DNA of 64,000 nucleotides from Nageia nagi (GCA_050084985.1 JBITNC010000002.1:18352001-18416000); one strand, 5' to 3'; shown: positions 1-14,700, numbered from the stretch's first letter. Made by a program: numbers and translations. The notes: generated from the letters alone by a model not told the origin.

Positions 1-1366
1 TATTAGGATACAATGTGTTGTTTGGATTAATCCATTTACTCACACCTTATTGTTGGAGAGTTGATCAACTAGATTGATCATGTGGTAACTTATGTCTATT
101 TTAAGGCTACTCCTAGTAATTCATTATATCATTGTTCAAATCATCATATATTTGATTGACCTATTATTTGGGCTTAGTAATATACTTATTCTTACATGCA
201 TCGTTTCCCTTTTTCATTGTATTGTATTATTTCTTTTGTTTTGATTTTTCTTGTGTAGAATTCACATGGTTCTCAACTCTTCAAAATTACTACATAACTC
301 ATCATGGTTAACTTTACATTATAGGGCATACCTTTGAATCATGTAATTTCTCAATTACAATAGTATATTAAATTTGTTAGTATTTAATTTCTTTGCAAAA
401 AGAATATTAATGGACTTGTGCATACTACTATTATTAATTTATATCACTAGTATAAATTTTATTTGTGTCCTTATTTCTATTAGTGTTCTTTGTAATGAAT
501 CCATACCAAAAGAATGAAGGGAAATAGTTGTTTCTTATTTGTAAAAATTGGTTCTTCCTCTCCTTTTCTTGTTCATCTTTTGATTTTTCCTCCCTTTAAA
601 TGGAAACCAATTTTTGTGTTCATATATTCATATTCCTTGAGTTTATTTCTCTCACAAAGTATAGACCCTAAGTCTTCATATCTACAATGCATCTTTACTT
701 CATATAATTTCAATTCATTGCAAATCATCTATATATACACTTTTTTCAATTTCTCTATCTCAGGCAATGAGTGACAATCCTTTTCATTTAATATGAACAT
801 ATCCATGAGTTAACCATATATCAAAAAGCATGAAGGTGAACACTTTTAATGTTCAACCACATAATTTCAACATGAATTTGGCCTTAGTACAAAATATAAA
901 GTACATCTTTCTGATTTTTTATGAACTTTTCAAATAATTAAGAAATTCCAAAAAAAAAAATTGTTTAAATGTTTAATTGAATACTTTTCTTTCAAACCAT
1001 TAAATTGTAATAAGTTGCTCAAAAACATATGAAAATAAGCTAAAATTTGAAATGTAACTTGTAGAATTTTCTTTCTCAATGTTAGAATACCCAATATAAT
1101 AACTAGTTTATAGCATGAATAAAAAAGAAAGTCTTAATTTTATAATTATTTCAATTAGTACAGGTTTAATTTACCTAAAATTTGAACAAGTTCTCTAGTT
1201 TATCTTTTAATAGTCATCCAAATTTTATAAATAATCATTAAAAAAAACACTATGATAAGTAAGATATTCATGCTGTACTTGACCTTCAAAAGAACCGTTT
1301 TTAACCCTCAAAATACTAAGAAAATGCCCTAAACCATTTCAGCAAACTAATCAATTATAGAAAAAA

Positions 1367-2703
1367 GGTTTGGAAATTGGTGAATTCCTTGCACAGGCGC
1401 GACAGGAAGAAGCTAAGGAATTTCGAATAGGGCTTATTTGCAGTTTCACTCCATCTAGGCTGAAATCGGATCATCGAAACCCTTTGCTACTTGATCAATA
1501 AAATCAGAGAGGATAGAGGGAAGCTCAAGGAGGAGATTAAAATAAATCTAAAGATCAAAATTGTCAATAATGAAATGCGGATGACCCTACCTAAGGAAAT
1601 AATAAAGTGTGAAATGTACAGACAGAAGAATACTTTGATAGGTAAGCTTTTCGAGATCAGGCCAGGCATAGAAATGATTCGACGATGGATTGTTGCAACT
1701 TGGAAGATTAAAGGAAAAATCGTAGTAGTAGCTCTTCCAAAAGAATTTATGTTGTTTAAATTCTCTTGTGAAGAAGGCATCCCTAAGGTTCTGGAAATGG
1801 GACTTCGGTGTTTGGGAAAAAAAGGGTTATTACCAAAACACCAGTATAAAGGTTTTAGGTTGGAAAGCTAGAATATGAATCTAATCTCAACTTGGATCAG
1901 TTTCTCAAATTTGCTTATAAACTTTTGGAATATAAATGTAATTGCAAGCAGGTTAGAAGAATTGATTTCAATAGAAAAAGGAATCAGAATGCGAATCAGA
2001 TTGACAGACGCTTGATTTTGTGTGAACATTGACATCTTTAAAGATTTCAAATATCAAATCCTCCGTGATGGAGGAGGAGGAGAAACATGGAAGCAAGAGA
2101 TTGTGTATATGAATCTCTCTTTTCAATGCACTTACTACAAACAATTTGATCAGTACGCAAAGGATTGCACAAATAGAAAGAAAGTAATACAGGAGGAAGA
2201 AAGTAGAAATGAAGATAGAAGAAAAGAAAAGAATATATGGAGAACGATCCATAGTAAAAATAATAAGAGGTAAGAACAAAAAGAGCAAAAATATAACCAA
2301 AATGAGCAACAAGGTTCGAAGAAGATAAACTTTGAAAGCAAAAATTCTTATGATATCTTGAATCAAATCGATAGCAATAGAAAAGAAGAAGCAATAGTAA
2401 ATAGAAGTGAAAATGAAGCAGAAATGGAACCAAATATCAACAAAGTGACAAAAATGGAAATAGAGGAACATTAAGGGGAAATGACCTTGAAAAAAAACTC
2501 GTTTTGGAAACCATATTGTGACAGGTTTTGGGATCCTATAAAAAACTCGTTGTTTAGCTATGTTTTGATGAAGTTCTAATGTAATAATGCTACTTACGTG
2601 TATAGCTGGGTAATCAGTCTCATTTTGAGACAATTTTGATTGGTTTTTGGGATCAAACTAAAACCCGTCATTTTTTTTGTTAATATAATTTATCTATTAG
2701 CAA
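1367..2703 (+). mobile_element. Degenerate L1-type LINE derivative carrying only ORF1 (DUF4283-like domain plus decayed zinc knuckle)
   Basis: ORF 1491-1871 LIGKLFEIRPGIEMIRRWIVATWKIKGKIVVVALPKEFMLFKF. ORF 2022-2273 QEIVYMNLSFQCTYYKQFDQYAKDC. Flanking direct repeat aaactaatcaattata at 1344-1359 and 2704-2719 (probable TSD). Confidence 0.7.
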
Positions 2704-2937
2704 AAACTAATCAATTATAAAAAAATACCAAAAATTAAAAAATAATAATAAAAAATAATTGAATAACAATATTTATGAACCTCCCCGTTTAAAAAGGTGA
2801 ACCTCCAAACAAGTTTACAAATCCAAATTCTATATTTATGAACCAAGATTATTCATTTATTTATAGCAAATCCTATCTAAAATAGTAATCCCTCTAAATA
2901 AATTAAAAAGGTAATCAACATTTAACCTCCATGAAAT

Positions 2938-3218
2938 CTATTAGTTTGTAGGATCTACAAGAGTTTTAAATATCATCAATGTAGGAGGTGGGAGTTGACC
3001 TTGGGGCCTTCAATGTGGGTGCCTTCACATTGCACTTGTCTCCCAATTCCCCTAACAGGTGGTATTGAAAGAAAAATCAACATTTTAACATCTTTTTAAA
3101 CTATTAGTTTGTAAGACTCATCAAGAATTTTTAAATATCAACAATGTAGAGAGTGGAAGTTGAACTTGAGATCTTTAATATGGATGCCTTCACAACTCAC
3201 TTCTCTCCCAACTCCCCT
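2938..3218. repeat. Local tandem duplication, two diverged copies of about 118 bp (2938-3055, 3101-3218)
   Basis: Both copies start ctattagtttgta and end ctcccaa(t/c)tccccta. Confidence 0.8.
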
Positions 3219-3669
3219 ACGCTTTATCGTCAACATTCAATACAATCCTAAAGACAATGAAAGTATAGATAACCACAAGGATTAAAGATCATTACGCATT
3301 CCCTCAGTAATTTCAAATCCTTGTTTGATAATTGCCTCACTTTTCTTTTTATCTTATGATATTTTACATTTCATACTTCCCTATATTTCTATATAGTCTT
3401 TTACCACATGTTCGAACTCAACTGTCAAATGCTTATGTATACTTCTCCCCATCTAACTGATGTGAAAGCTCAATATATTGAAGAAGGCCAACATCTCATA
3501 CAACAACTTTCTTTTCAACCAAACTATAATCCTCTCCATCTAACTGATGTGAAAGCTCAATATATTTCTGAACACTTGCTCTACCCAATGATTAGATATA
3601 TTATGTTTGTATCACTACCAAACTTTTGTATAGTATCTAAATTTATGTTCATAGATAAATGTATTTTTC

Positions 3670-4543
3670 CAAGCTCCATGGGAACATGTTCCCTAAGGTG
3701 GGGGAGTCATTCCCTCATGCTACCCCCATTGGGAACACCAAGGGGAACAGCTAGTTGTTCCTGAAAATGGTCAAGTGTTTTCCAAACTATGGACAGACAA
3801 TCAACTTGAAAAAAAAAAAATCACTTCAAAATTAAAAAATAAAGTGTAAAATTATGTGTGTACTACAAATGTCTCCATCCCTTAAATCCTAAAAGTTGTT
3901 AGAACTTAACAAGCACTCTGCAACAAAATAGTAGAAGTCTGAGAAAATTGATTTTTGTGGAGGCGGCTTGTCAAGGGGCGCAATGTCATGCACCATGCAT
4001 CACCATACTACCACATCCATGCACCATGTAGAAGAATATTAAAGATTTAGATATTAACTTCACCTACTAACAAAAGTGACATTATATATGCATGCAAAAG
4101 CAAACACGCTTTATTTTATATTCACTTTTGACATTTTGATTTGACATATTCATTTCAAAGTCTAGACTATGCATTTACTTAGTACTGTTTAATTTTTTTG
4201 TTTTACTACTATGATTTCAGATTTCAATATTTCTAATGTGAAATTTCACGTGTCATTATTTGCTAGATTAATTCAGACTTTATGACATTATGTGATGATT
4301 ATGTCTATAATCTTATGATCATTGATTGTGATTCATTTTGATTCATACTTGATTTTTAATTTCAGTTTCAAGTTTTGTATACATCATTGAATTGATAATA
4401 ATAATGAATTTTTAAAAATCTAAAAATTTCAAGATTTTTTACCAATATTATACTAACTGTTTATGGGATGTTCCCTAAAATAACCTTCGTCTTTCCCCAT
4501 TCCTGAGAATACATTCTCCGTTCCCAAGCCTTGTGGAGCCTTG
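3670..4543. mobile_element. hAT-type MITE / non-autonomous DNA element
   Basis: Imperfect TIR caagctcca...tggagccttg. GGGGA/TCCCC-rich subterminal motifs and an AT-rich body resemble the elements at 43873 and 48068. TSD not clean. Confidence 0.5.
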
Positions 4544-5626
4544 TATGTTATTCGTAAATGCAAGTAAGTTTGCATGTAGGTAAGAAATTAATGGAAAGGT
4601 GTCTTTCATATGCTATATTAGTGTAGTAATTTTGTGTAATATTTTTCCATTAAACCAGAAGTGTTTGGGCAGCACTTTGAAAATGGACATTTAATAAAAC
4701 TCACCAAAAAGTGGAATAAGTGGGAAAATTATAAGACTGTTAAAACGTTTCAAGTAGTCAAATGTTCAAAATCAAAATATTATGCGCTTAATAATCACAA
4801 GTACAAAAAGTGGAGATTAATTGGACTTACATGATTCCGTTACTAAGATAATGATGATACATTTCAAATCAATTTCGAATCCCAAAAATTGATTGGATAA
4901 ATAAATCTCTCAATCGTAAGAAAATTCTTGATAATTTTGAGAACAAATGCCTCTCATGTAGCGCTTGTCTTGCAACAAGTAAATACCTTATATGTTCGCA
5001 TGGCCACATGGAAAGATCAGCAAATATAAGTTACATTAACAGGTTTATGTCATCAAGATTTGCAATGAATATTACTTACATTAAACACTAAAAACACAAT
5101 CAGGTCTCGTTATGTATTCTTGCACACCTAGCATCCAAAAAACTCACTCGGAAGTTTTCGAGATGTTCAAAGAACAAGATAAAAGATAAAACTGAATGGT
5201 CGTCTCAAAAGTCACATGACTCGTTTAACCAGTATAGAGTTTCTTGGTTTCAATCTTTTCACTCAAAATATAAAACTATGAATTATTGAACGTGACAATT
5301 GCAGTTGCTGTGAAATGTTACCAATATTGATAAGCTCTTGTCTGTGCTGATATATCTTTAGGCAGAAAAGATAAAAGCTGATAACCTCAAATAATATTGC
5401 ATTTGTTGTCATGTAGGATTTGCTTACATTCTCAATATGAACTCTAAGTTGGCAAAAAAAAACTCGGGAGAAATTTGACTTGTAATCTGCAAGTAATTTA
5501 ACAAGAGAAAAAGTGTAATTCTTTGATAACCACCCATAGGCTGTTGACTAAAGTAGAGCAGCTTCAAGTTTTCCACATGTCATGGAAACTGATAAAGAGA
5601 CTAAAATAGCACTGAAATAAGGACAT

Positions 5627-5714
5627 TTACTGCTGTTCTAGGTCTGGCAAGTCTTCATTTGCACTGTTCTGAGATAACCTGTAATATAGCAGCATCATAG
5701 TGGCCATACAGGAC
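5627..5714 (-). CDS. ZFPL1: ZFPL1 exon 9 ([28 protein letters not shown])
   Basis: CAG acceptor, TAA stop at 5627-5629. Confidence 0.92.
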
Positions 5715-8700
5715 CTGTAGAAAGAACCAATCACAAAAATGATTAGATAAACATCAAATTTTAAGTTGATAACTCCAGGGTAGAAAGAACCAAACACAAA
5801 AAGCTAAAAGATTTTTCATCAAAAACCAATTGTGAGAATAAGCTAATAGCCATGAAAGTCTCATGGACATAAGTCGCAAAGGGAAAGTAAAAGTGAAAGC
5901 ATACAGAATTGCAATAATGAGGAGGATCTTTCGTGGATCTACAGTGGAACGTCGTCGTCTAGTGTACCCCTCAATCAACTCATCAGTTGCAGACCCATCT
6001 CGTTCTTCTTTACGCAGATTTGTTACTGGTAAAGTAGGCAAAGCAGGAGACCAGAATGGTAATAAAAATCTCAGAAACTTTCTAGGAAAACGGCCTGCCA
6101 TATAGACCCCAAAAGTAAGATATATAATTTGTCCAACAAAAAATGATGAATATGAAGTAATAACTTTTAATCAAATAACTCTAAGAAAAGCACGACAATG
6201 GCAAACTAGAAGTTATGAAGATGTCCTTTTCAATAGATGACAGAAACTAGAAGCTCTGAAGATGTCCCTTTCAATACTCATCTTGAATTTCACGCAACAG
6301 AAAATAGATTACAATAATCCATCTATCAGAAAACAGACAACAAAAGACTAAATGCTTATATTGTTTATTGGTATGCACTTCACAGGTCAACCATGATATA
6401 CAGTGTATGTTTCTCAAAAAATGAAATATTTCAGAGAAAGACTTGCCTCGTCGAGTGTACTTCCGTTTGCTTTCATCATCATCATCTTCATAAGCATCAA
6501 ATGTTGGGCTGTATCTGTCACCACGATACGAACCTTTTCTTGTTGTTGCACCTGGCTGAAATTAACCCATCCCATAATGACACAAACATTCTTAGATTCC
6601 CACAGAGATGAGGTCAAAAACATAGCCAATGTATAGAAGCCTTCCAAATTCTAATATTTCTATTTATATGATCCCTTTGCCATAGCGCTATTTTAATATG
6701 TTACAACTTCACCGTACAAACTTACACCAGCAGTATTCGGAGACTTTGTGAACTGCGAATCAGGAGACAACGAAGATTGCGGACCAACAGATACAGCCCC
6801 ATCTATCTCAATGATATCCGAGCTCAAACTGGTTGCCGTGCCTGACCGCGTCCGAGGAGTATATGATCCATTAAAAGTTGATGATGATGACTCTCCAGAT
6901 GCATTTATCTCTTTTGTTGTAGTTGATGCTAGGTTAGAACCAGCATTTCCTAGTAGGGGAGCAGTAGTCGTAGTAACAAGCGGCCCTGATAAAAATGCTG
7001 GTGGAGTATCCCGAGGTTCATGCAATTTACCAACATTCAAATCATTCCCCAACAGATTCTTTGCCGGTTCAGTCTGCTAGGATGACAAATAATATCAATT
7101 TATATAAAATAACCAAATGTAGCAATGTATTTATTTCCAATAAAACACAAAGCAGCTCTCTACTAAACAAGGTTTAAGCACTCACTGCATGTAGTCAAAA
7201 ACAAGAAATGAAATCAACTAAATAAACTGCAGCGCTTGCCAAAAAACTATCTTAACATAAAATAATTAGAGAAAAAGAGAGGAAAAACTTAGCAAATCCT
7301 GAATAATTCTGGAGGATAATGCCACATAGCCATAAGCTCCAAACACAACACCATATACTCCTGCCACTTTGATTGGACACTTTTATATTAACCATAAGGC
7401 AATATTAACAATTCGACTTGTTAGACTGTTCTATTATTCTTTAATTGCTTTCCCTGTTATTCACTAAGATTATCTTTCTTTTGACCAATGTTGGCCATCT
7501 TTAGTATCATCTAATGTCTTGTTTTGGAAAAATGAATTTTATATTGAAGAATGTACAAATATATACATATAATGTAAAGGCCGTCCACTTCCTATTTCAA
7601 GGCCAACAATGATGACTCAAAAGTAAAGCAGCAAAGGACATCCAGCCCTGAGCATTTTTTCTTACTAAAAAGATAGAATTTTATTGATGATTCACAAGAG
7701 AACAAAGTAAGTCAAATGGAACCAAATGATATGCCTGGATACAAATGCTATAGGAGCCCAAAGATGATTCAAAATTAAGAAAAGAATAAATAAATAAAAC
7801 ATAATCAACTAAAAAAGGCAGAGTACGATACAAGATCAATGTACAATATTTGTTCAACCAGCATGCAGCCGTCAAAAGCACAAGTGGAGTTAGATCTCAA
7901 ATAAGTTGAACTGCTGATCGGTAAGAATAAGATAAATGATCTTCAACCACTTTGAAAGGGCTGATATAAGAGTGATGATGTACATGGCAGAGTGCCATTA
8001 CTGATCGGACCTGGATGGATAGTATAATTCAAACGCTTCTACTATTCAACATAGATGAAACTGTTGAAGATAACAAAAATCTAGTGATATGAATCTCTCC
8101 AAAAAGGAACCGAAAGCCACATAGGGGACTTGGCACACATCTGAAAGCCAGAGACCATCACTTCTTAGGACAAGAAAGGAAATTTCAAGATTCTATAGTA
8201 GAAAGAACAGCTTGTGCAAAAGACACCTCACAGTTTGCTCTTATCAACCTAGAGTGTTTGATGCCCCAACACTAGGAGAAGAGAAAATAAAGAAATTGTT
8301 AATCCAGCCATTCTTAAGCTCTACCATAGGGTGCGATGCTTGAGGGCGATAGCCTCTTGAATGCATAAAGCCAAGCACCTTTTATCTGAATAGCAAAGGA
8401 AGGTAACCAGTAACCTCCATTATCTCTAATCAAACAATATATTTCCCTCAAATCTCTCAATAGAAGGGGCATCTAAAGACAAAATGTTAATCTCAATCAG
8501 GATTCAAGACCCCTAAATGAAGCACAAGTGCCAAATCCTGTCATATCTGAGAATTTTGTGATTTATCTCTACATGGAATTATGGGAGTGAACTTTGAGCT
8601 GGAAGAGTGAGGTACCTTATAAAACACGAGTTCCATCCTGCTAAATATACTCAAGACAAACAACAATCCCACTGCTGATATAGAAAGCCAAATCTGAAGC

Positions 8701-11700
8701 TAGCTGGGTGGAAAGAACCATGTAACATTGATATTCTCAATAGATATCTTCTCTGACATATACATTCACCAACTTCTTCTCCAATGGGTGAGAGGATCTA
8801 TCAAAGTGTACTTGAAGGGATGGATTCTATCAGTAGATATCCCAAAGAACGAATTTCAAATGCCAACCTTCATATCATACAACCAAACTTGTAGTCACAA
8901 GCCACTAGAATAAGAAAACAGAAACGTAGAGAAATTTTCACCAACATGGTACATACAGGAAATAATCCTATAGATGCTCTCAAGATGTAACAGTTGGTTG
9001 AAGAAACTGTCTTCAACAAAACACTGCATGACTTTCCACTTACAGGCTTACAGCGGTTCATATGCTAGAGGAGAGTCTGAATCAGGTCTATACACGCCAA
9101 TTCCCAGATTCGAGCTCCAAACCTCAAAGCCATCAAGAGTTGTAGGCTTAATGATTTCATCCAGAAGGTACATTCTTCATATTGATATTCTGGAAATGTA
9201 TCTAGAAATGCTGTGCTCCTAAATAGAGAGGGAGGTGTTTCCCTTACAAGGGCATGAGTGCATAGCAAACTTATGATAGAGAAACATCCTTGAACTCTCA
9301 AACATATTGGCAAGAACAGGTAACCTCGAGGGGATCACCTTCGTAGAAGAATTGGATAACCTTAATTTTGCTAAGGTTAACAACAAGCTGATGATCACCA
9401 CAAAGTCTTCAAGTGAATCAATGCAAATCACAAGGAAGGAGGAGATGTTTGACTCCAATAGTACTACTGATCTCATCAGAAATCCTGGATCAAGTTTTAA
9501 AGTGCTCATGCAGCCTTATAGTAGCCATGACCAAGAGGGCGGAGATGTTCATCACTTCATACCTTTTCAAATGCTGCAATAAGTAATGCCTTAGAACTGT
9601 ATCAAAGACTTTCCTCAAGTCCACAAAATAGTGAAAGACCTGCAGAGATTGCAGGTAAGCTTTCTCAAGATTGTTCCTGAAGCCTGCCTGACCTCTCATT
9701 CAAAGCCCATGAATCATGACGGTTCTATAGTTATTTGGGTTGGAAATATCCCTAAATATATGACTTTGGTAAATAATTAAAACCAAGAGGTGGAAGAAAG
9801 AACAGGCAACATCATTAACAAGATCACAAGAACACTCTTTGGCTCTAATTTGACTAGATTAGTCTGGAATATAAAGAATCTAGAAGAAAAGCAAACAAAA
9901 CTAAGAATAATGCAAGAGTTTTCGCCTTCAAATGCTTAAATAATATATAGAAATGTAAAATTATGGCATTACCAAATAACCAAAATGTAAACCACTGAAA
10001 AACAACTGGATGAACATACTATGAAAAACTTAATAGGATACAACAGGAAGATTAAAAAAAAAAATTAAAATAAGATCAAAAGAATATCCACTACCTGAGA
10101 AATAGCTTCCTTCAATTTTGCATGAAGAGCAGTTCCTGAATCCTTAATGATCTTTGGAGGCCAGACCTGATTCACACAAGCATGATTAGGACAGAAATGT
10201 ATTATGCGGCTCATATGTGACAATTTAGTATCTACAGTATTTGATTTTAGTTAGCAAAAAAAAAAATTAACCTTTGAATTCAGTGATTTTGAGACACGAG
10301 ATTAAACCTAAATTCAAATAGCAAAAAGCCTAAGACACAAGCCAAATTTAGTATAATGAATAAAACTTAGATAGAGACAAAGAATCTCCATTCGTTTGTG
10401 TTGAAATAATATGCCAAACGGCATAAAAGACTAGAAATGGCACATATAACACTTTCAAGTAATTGGTTGAATATACTATTTACTATCATTCAATAAACAG
10501 TGAATGCAAACACAACAAAGTAATGTTACAACACATTGTGAGATAGAAATTCAAATATTAGTTACTTATAACTAGTCCCATCTAACACAACTCAATAATT
10601 ATTTTGTATAAAGCTATCATAAAAGTTTTCCCTGAAAGAAAGAGAACATACCATTTAGGGCAGCTTAGGTTACATAGGACTCGTTGAGGACAGTATTGTT
10701 GTGACTAGACACAACACGCCCCAAAATCTTGCGATTTTGGGGACCCTCAACGTGTCATGTATATACTTCGTTTTACCGTCGTCTTGTCCCACCCAAGTTG
10801 TACTGCAAAGACCCGAATTCATGGACAATTCCTCTTTGGTTCAAGCCTCATTCTTCGCCTAGGGTTAGTCATACCAAGTTAGAAATCTTGAAATTCCAAA
10901 AAAATGACAGTCTGAAAAGTGTGAAGTCGACCTTAGGTGAACCAGGGAGTCCAGGAAGAGGCGAAGCCTAACCAACTCAAATTGGACATCTCCAAGGGCT
11001 GGCACATGGTTCAAAAAGACAATCTTGTCTTTTAAAATCATGCAACTGGCCCCGGAGGTCTTCCAAACTTGAAGAAAGACTAAAAAAATGCAATCTGGGG
11101 CACCTACAAGCCCAGCGCATGCCTCCAGGAGACAAATTCTTGTCTTTTTTGGACATGTGCCAAGCACAGGAAACAGGTTGGAACGAAATGGAGCACGAAA
11201 AGTCTAAGGCATAACAAGGCTGGCGCATGGTTTCAAAAGACAAAATCTTGTCTTTTTGAACCATGCGACCAGGCTGGGAGGAGGAACAGGACAGGTTCAA
11301 ACGTTAGAAAGTGAAACCCAAGCATCCAAGAGGCTGGTGCATGCCTTAAAAAGACACAATCATGACTTTTTGAATCATGCACCCAGCCTAGAAAGGCTTC
11401 CAATTTGTTCGAAGACGAAAAATTGGCCAAGGCATGAGGCCCAGAACCCCAAGACCAGCTCCAATACACCAAGGAGGGCTGGCGCATGATTTCAAAAGAT
11501 AGTTTTTTACTTTTTGAATCATGCGCCAAGCTCAAAAAGCCTCCAAGAGCAAAGAAACATGAAAAATTTGGCTTAGGCACAAAGACAAAAAAACGCAAGA
11601 ATGCAAAATTGACCATCTGGAAGCTGTCGCATGATTTCAAAAGACACAATCATGACTTTTTGAATCATAAGACCAAGTTGGAAAGGCAAGAGAGGCTATC

Positions 11701-14700
11701 GCATGCCTCAAAAAGACAAAAACATGATTTTGTGAATCATGCGCCAAGCTTGGGGAGTGCCCAGGATGAGATGAAGGATGAAATTTAACAAGCCTAGGCA
11801 CCAAAAAGACAAAAAATCAGGCAAGATCAGGTCACAGGGCGAGCTTTAGGGTGAAGATGAGCAAGCGAGCAAAGAAGGCCAATGTGAGTAGAGCACTCAC
11901 CCTTAAGGCTGGCACATGATCCCTAATGACACAATCTTGTCTTTTTTGGGCATGCGCCAAGCCTGAAGGTGCTTTGGAACCCCTACATCTGGTCCTGGCC
12001 GAATGGACTTGAAATTTAATGCAGGCACACATCTCGAGAGGACGGACACATGGATGCCTAGAATGGAACTTTTCTCATGCTATGAAATTCCTAGATGAGG
12101 AATTCGTGGAACATGTTGGCTTGGGCCCACTGGCATCTTAGTCACAATTTTCCAGTTTATTTTTATTTCCAAGAAAAGACATTTACTTTTGCCAAAATAC
12201 TTTATTATATTATTATTTAATTCCCAAACTTGTGATAGATGAGGATTTGCTCCCACAAGTTTGGAAGAAACCTTGTAACGCCATGTGGCGATCTGTGATT
12301 GGACCTTTTGTATTTTCTCGTAATTTGCATTAGGGTTAGGGAAACACTTTGAGTTACCACAAAAACCATTTATAGTCCATTTGGGCTCATTTGCAGAGGA
12401 TTAGACATTATGCAAATTGGGCTACTTACACAATATTTATTATTTTCAAACTTGCAAGTTTCCCTCTTTTGTAATTGTGATATAATTTCAAGTAATTGAA
12501 GCGAGCATATTTTCATTTGGAACTATGGATGTGAATGTGTGTTACATCTCTATGCTATCTTGAGTGTTTGGAGCATTTTGTAAATCTTACTAAGGTGGAC
12601 AAAAGAGTGTTTGCAAATCTTTTGAAACATTTCAATTAGTGTATGGTTGTGACGTTTCATAGTTTGCACATTGGACTAGTATGTTTTGAGATGACTTTTA
12701 TATGTCGTTTAATCTAGGAACTTCACTCCCTGTTTGAGTTCTACCAACGTCATACCTTTCCTTTCCATTGCCTCAGTGCCAAGCTCCCCTTGTTAGGACA
12801 CTCATGTTGTTGCCTTCCAAGTTGGATTTGGAGTGCGTGGAACCTGGGCCAAACCCGTACGAGTCTTGTCTTAGAAACCCATACTAGTCGGTGAGAATAT
12901 TGCCCCTAGATCTGAATTCATATATCACCGTCTTCTCACAACCTCTTTTCTTTATTTTCATTTCTTTTGCGAGGCTTTCACAACAAATCTTTTCCTTTTT
13001 CTTTCTTTTTTGAGAAACAACTATTTCTAGATCATGGACCCTTCGAGTCCTTGGTTAACAAATGTTATTTGAGTTGGTAACAGCTTTAAACATCTCCACC
13101 GAATCACCTGAGTGATCCCTTGCACCCTTCACTTTCAAAGCTTTGGGGTAAATAGTCCTCATAGCGGGTAGGGGGTCATACCCTACACTCAAGTGTTGGA
13201 GTCTTTCCATAGGCCTTGCAGTTTCTATTGCCCATTAGCAAGGTGAGAAAAAAAAAGCCCCCAACAAGTACCAATTTCAAGTTCGAGTAATATAACATTG
13301 CAAATACAGATGAACTAAAAATGTCTGATGAAATATAAGTCCAGATTAAGTAGAGAAAAGGCTTGGTTTACAATAAGCTTTGTCAAAACATCAAAACTTA
13401 CGACCGTGAAAGTTTGAAACAATATGTACAGCAATTATTCCAAAACCTTCTTCTGCCCAATAGGTCGCATATGTATTTCTGTTAATGTTATTGTTTGGAT
13501 ATACATTATCTTCGGAGCATATACATTCTCTTGGGAGATTTGAATTAGATCCATTAATAAAATCAATACTAATTATACAAGATACCTTCATTAAAGTTAC
13601 ATATTGATCTAACTTGAGAGTTTATTATATTTATGTTGTGAGCAATGGCATAAACTAAATATATTGTCAAATTACAAAGTTGGATATAGTTCATGGTATG
13701 TTGTGAAACTTGTGATTCTACAGTAAATTCTAGGTATATAAAGAATCCTACAATAACAATTGGTGTAGGTAGGGACCATCAAAATGTGGGCATTCTAACA
13801 GTTTTGCATTTTGATTATATTCATTCTTTATGGTCATTAAAAAAAATCAGTGATGTGAAACTTGGCGAGTGTTTGAAAAACTCACAGTTGGAGCCAGAGT
13901 CAATACATTACTCAGGATCAACTCATCAACTTTTACTCAACTTGCAGAGTTTTTTTTTAATCACAAGTTTAAAAAAGCTTGACAAGTACAACAAAAAAAC
14001 TCATTCAGCACTGAACAAAAAACAATGGGATAAATTAAGAAACTCTTGTTCATTTAGTTCATTCTTCACTCCGCAATTACAAGAACAGAGCACGTTTGTG
14101 ACCAAGCAGAGAGGAGAGACGAGCATTTGTGTTTGGAGGCATTTGTGACAAAGCAGAGAAGATTGAAGACCATTTGTGTTTGAAGGAGTCTGTGTTTGGA
14201 CTCTGGAAGACAATTTGCCCAACAGAGAATGTTTATGTTTGGAGGATTACAACAGCAGAGCATTTATGTTTTTCACTTGTGTTTCACAGCCCGCATAGCC
14301 ACTCAACATTTTTAATTCTAGACTTCTAGAAAATTGAGGGCCACCACCAAGTAGAGCAGAGAACAACCGGAATTGCGGGCTTGGAATTTGGCGGAGGATT
14401 ATAAAATTATGACAGCTGTCAGAGCCTGCCCAGCCACTTAACAGACGTAAGTGATTTGTTATATATCTGACAAATTGTATTATTGTAGCACCCAGCCAAC
14501 CAGCCACCCTGAAAAAAATTGTACAGTATAAATGTATACTGTATACTGTAACCGTATAGTATCAAAGAACCCAGACAATTCCCTCTCATCATATATATGC
14601 TAACAATAACTAGGATAGTATTAGTCGTGCTAGTCATACGCTATGTAACAGTTTGGAACTTAAGTATTTTGGTTTGACATTAAAAACAGAGTCATCTTTT

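Noticed and set aside
1968-2633. 221-aa hydrophobic minus-strand ORF
   Set aside because: Antisense shadow of the A-rich LINE ORF1 remnant.
6203-6275. 33-bp direct repeat in intron 7 (and a 31-bp repeat at 3449/3536)
   Set aside because: Ordinary short local duplications with no evidence of function.
6748-7080. Plus-strand 110-aa ORF (also 5863-6105 and 6403-6636)
   Set aside because: Antisense shadows of ZFPL1 exons.
10998-11963. CRISPR array (palindromic repeats with spacers)
   Set aside because: Eukaryotic context inside a TG...CA LTR, degenerate repeats, highly variable spacer lengths and no cas genes.
10729-12032. Cluster of overlapping 66-138 aa ORFs (similar clusters at 31973-32726 and 46301-47412)
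   Set aside because: Products of repetitive or palindromic TE sequence, with no domain signatures.
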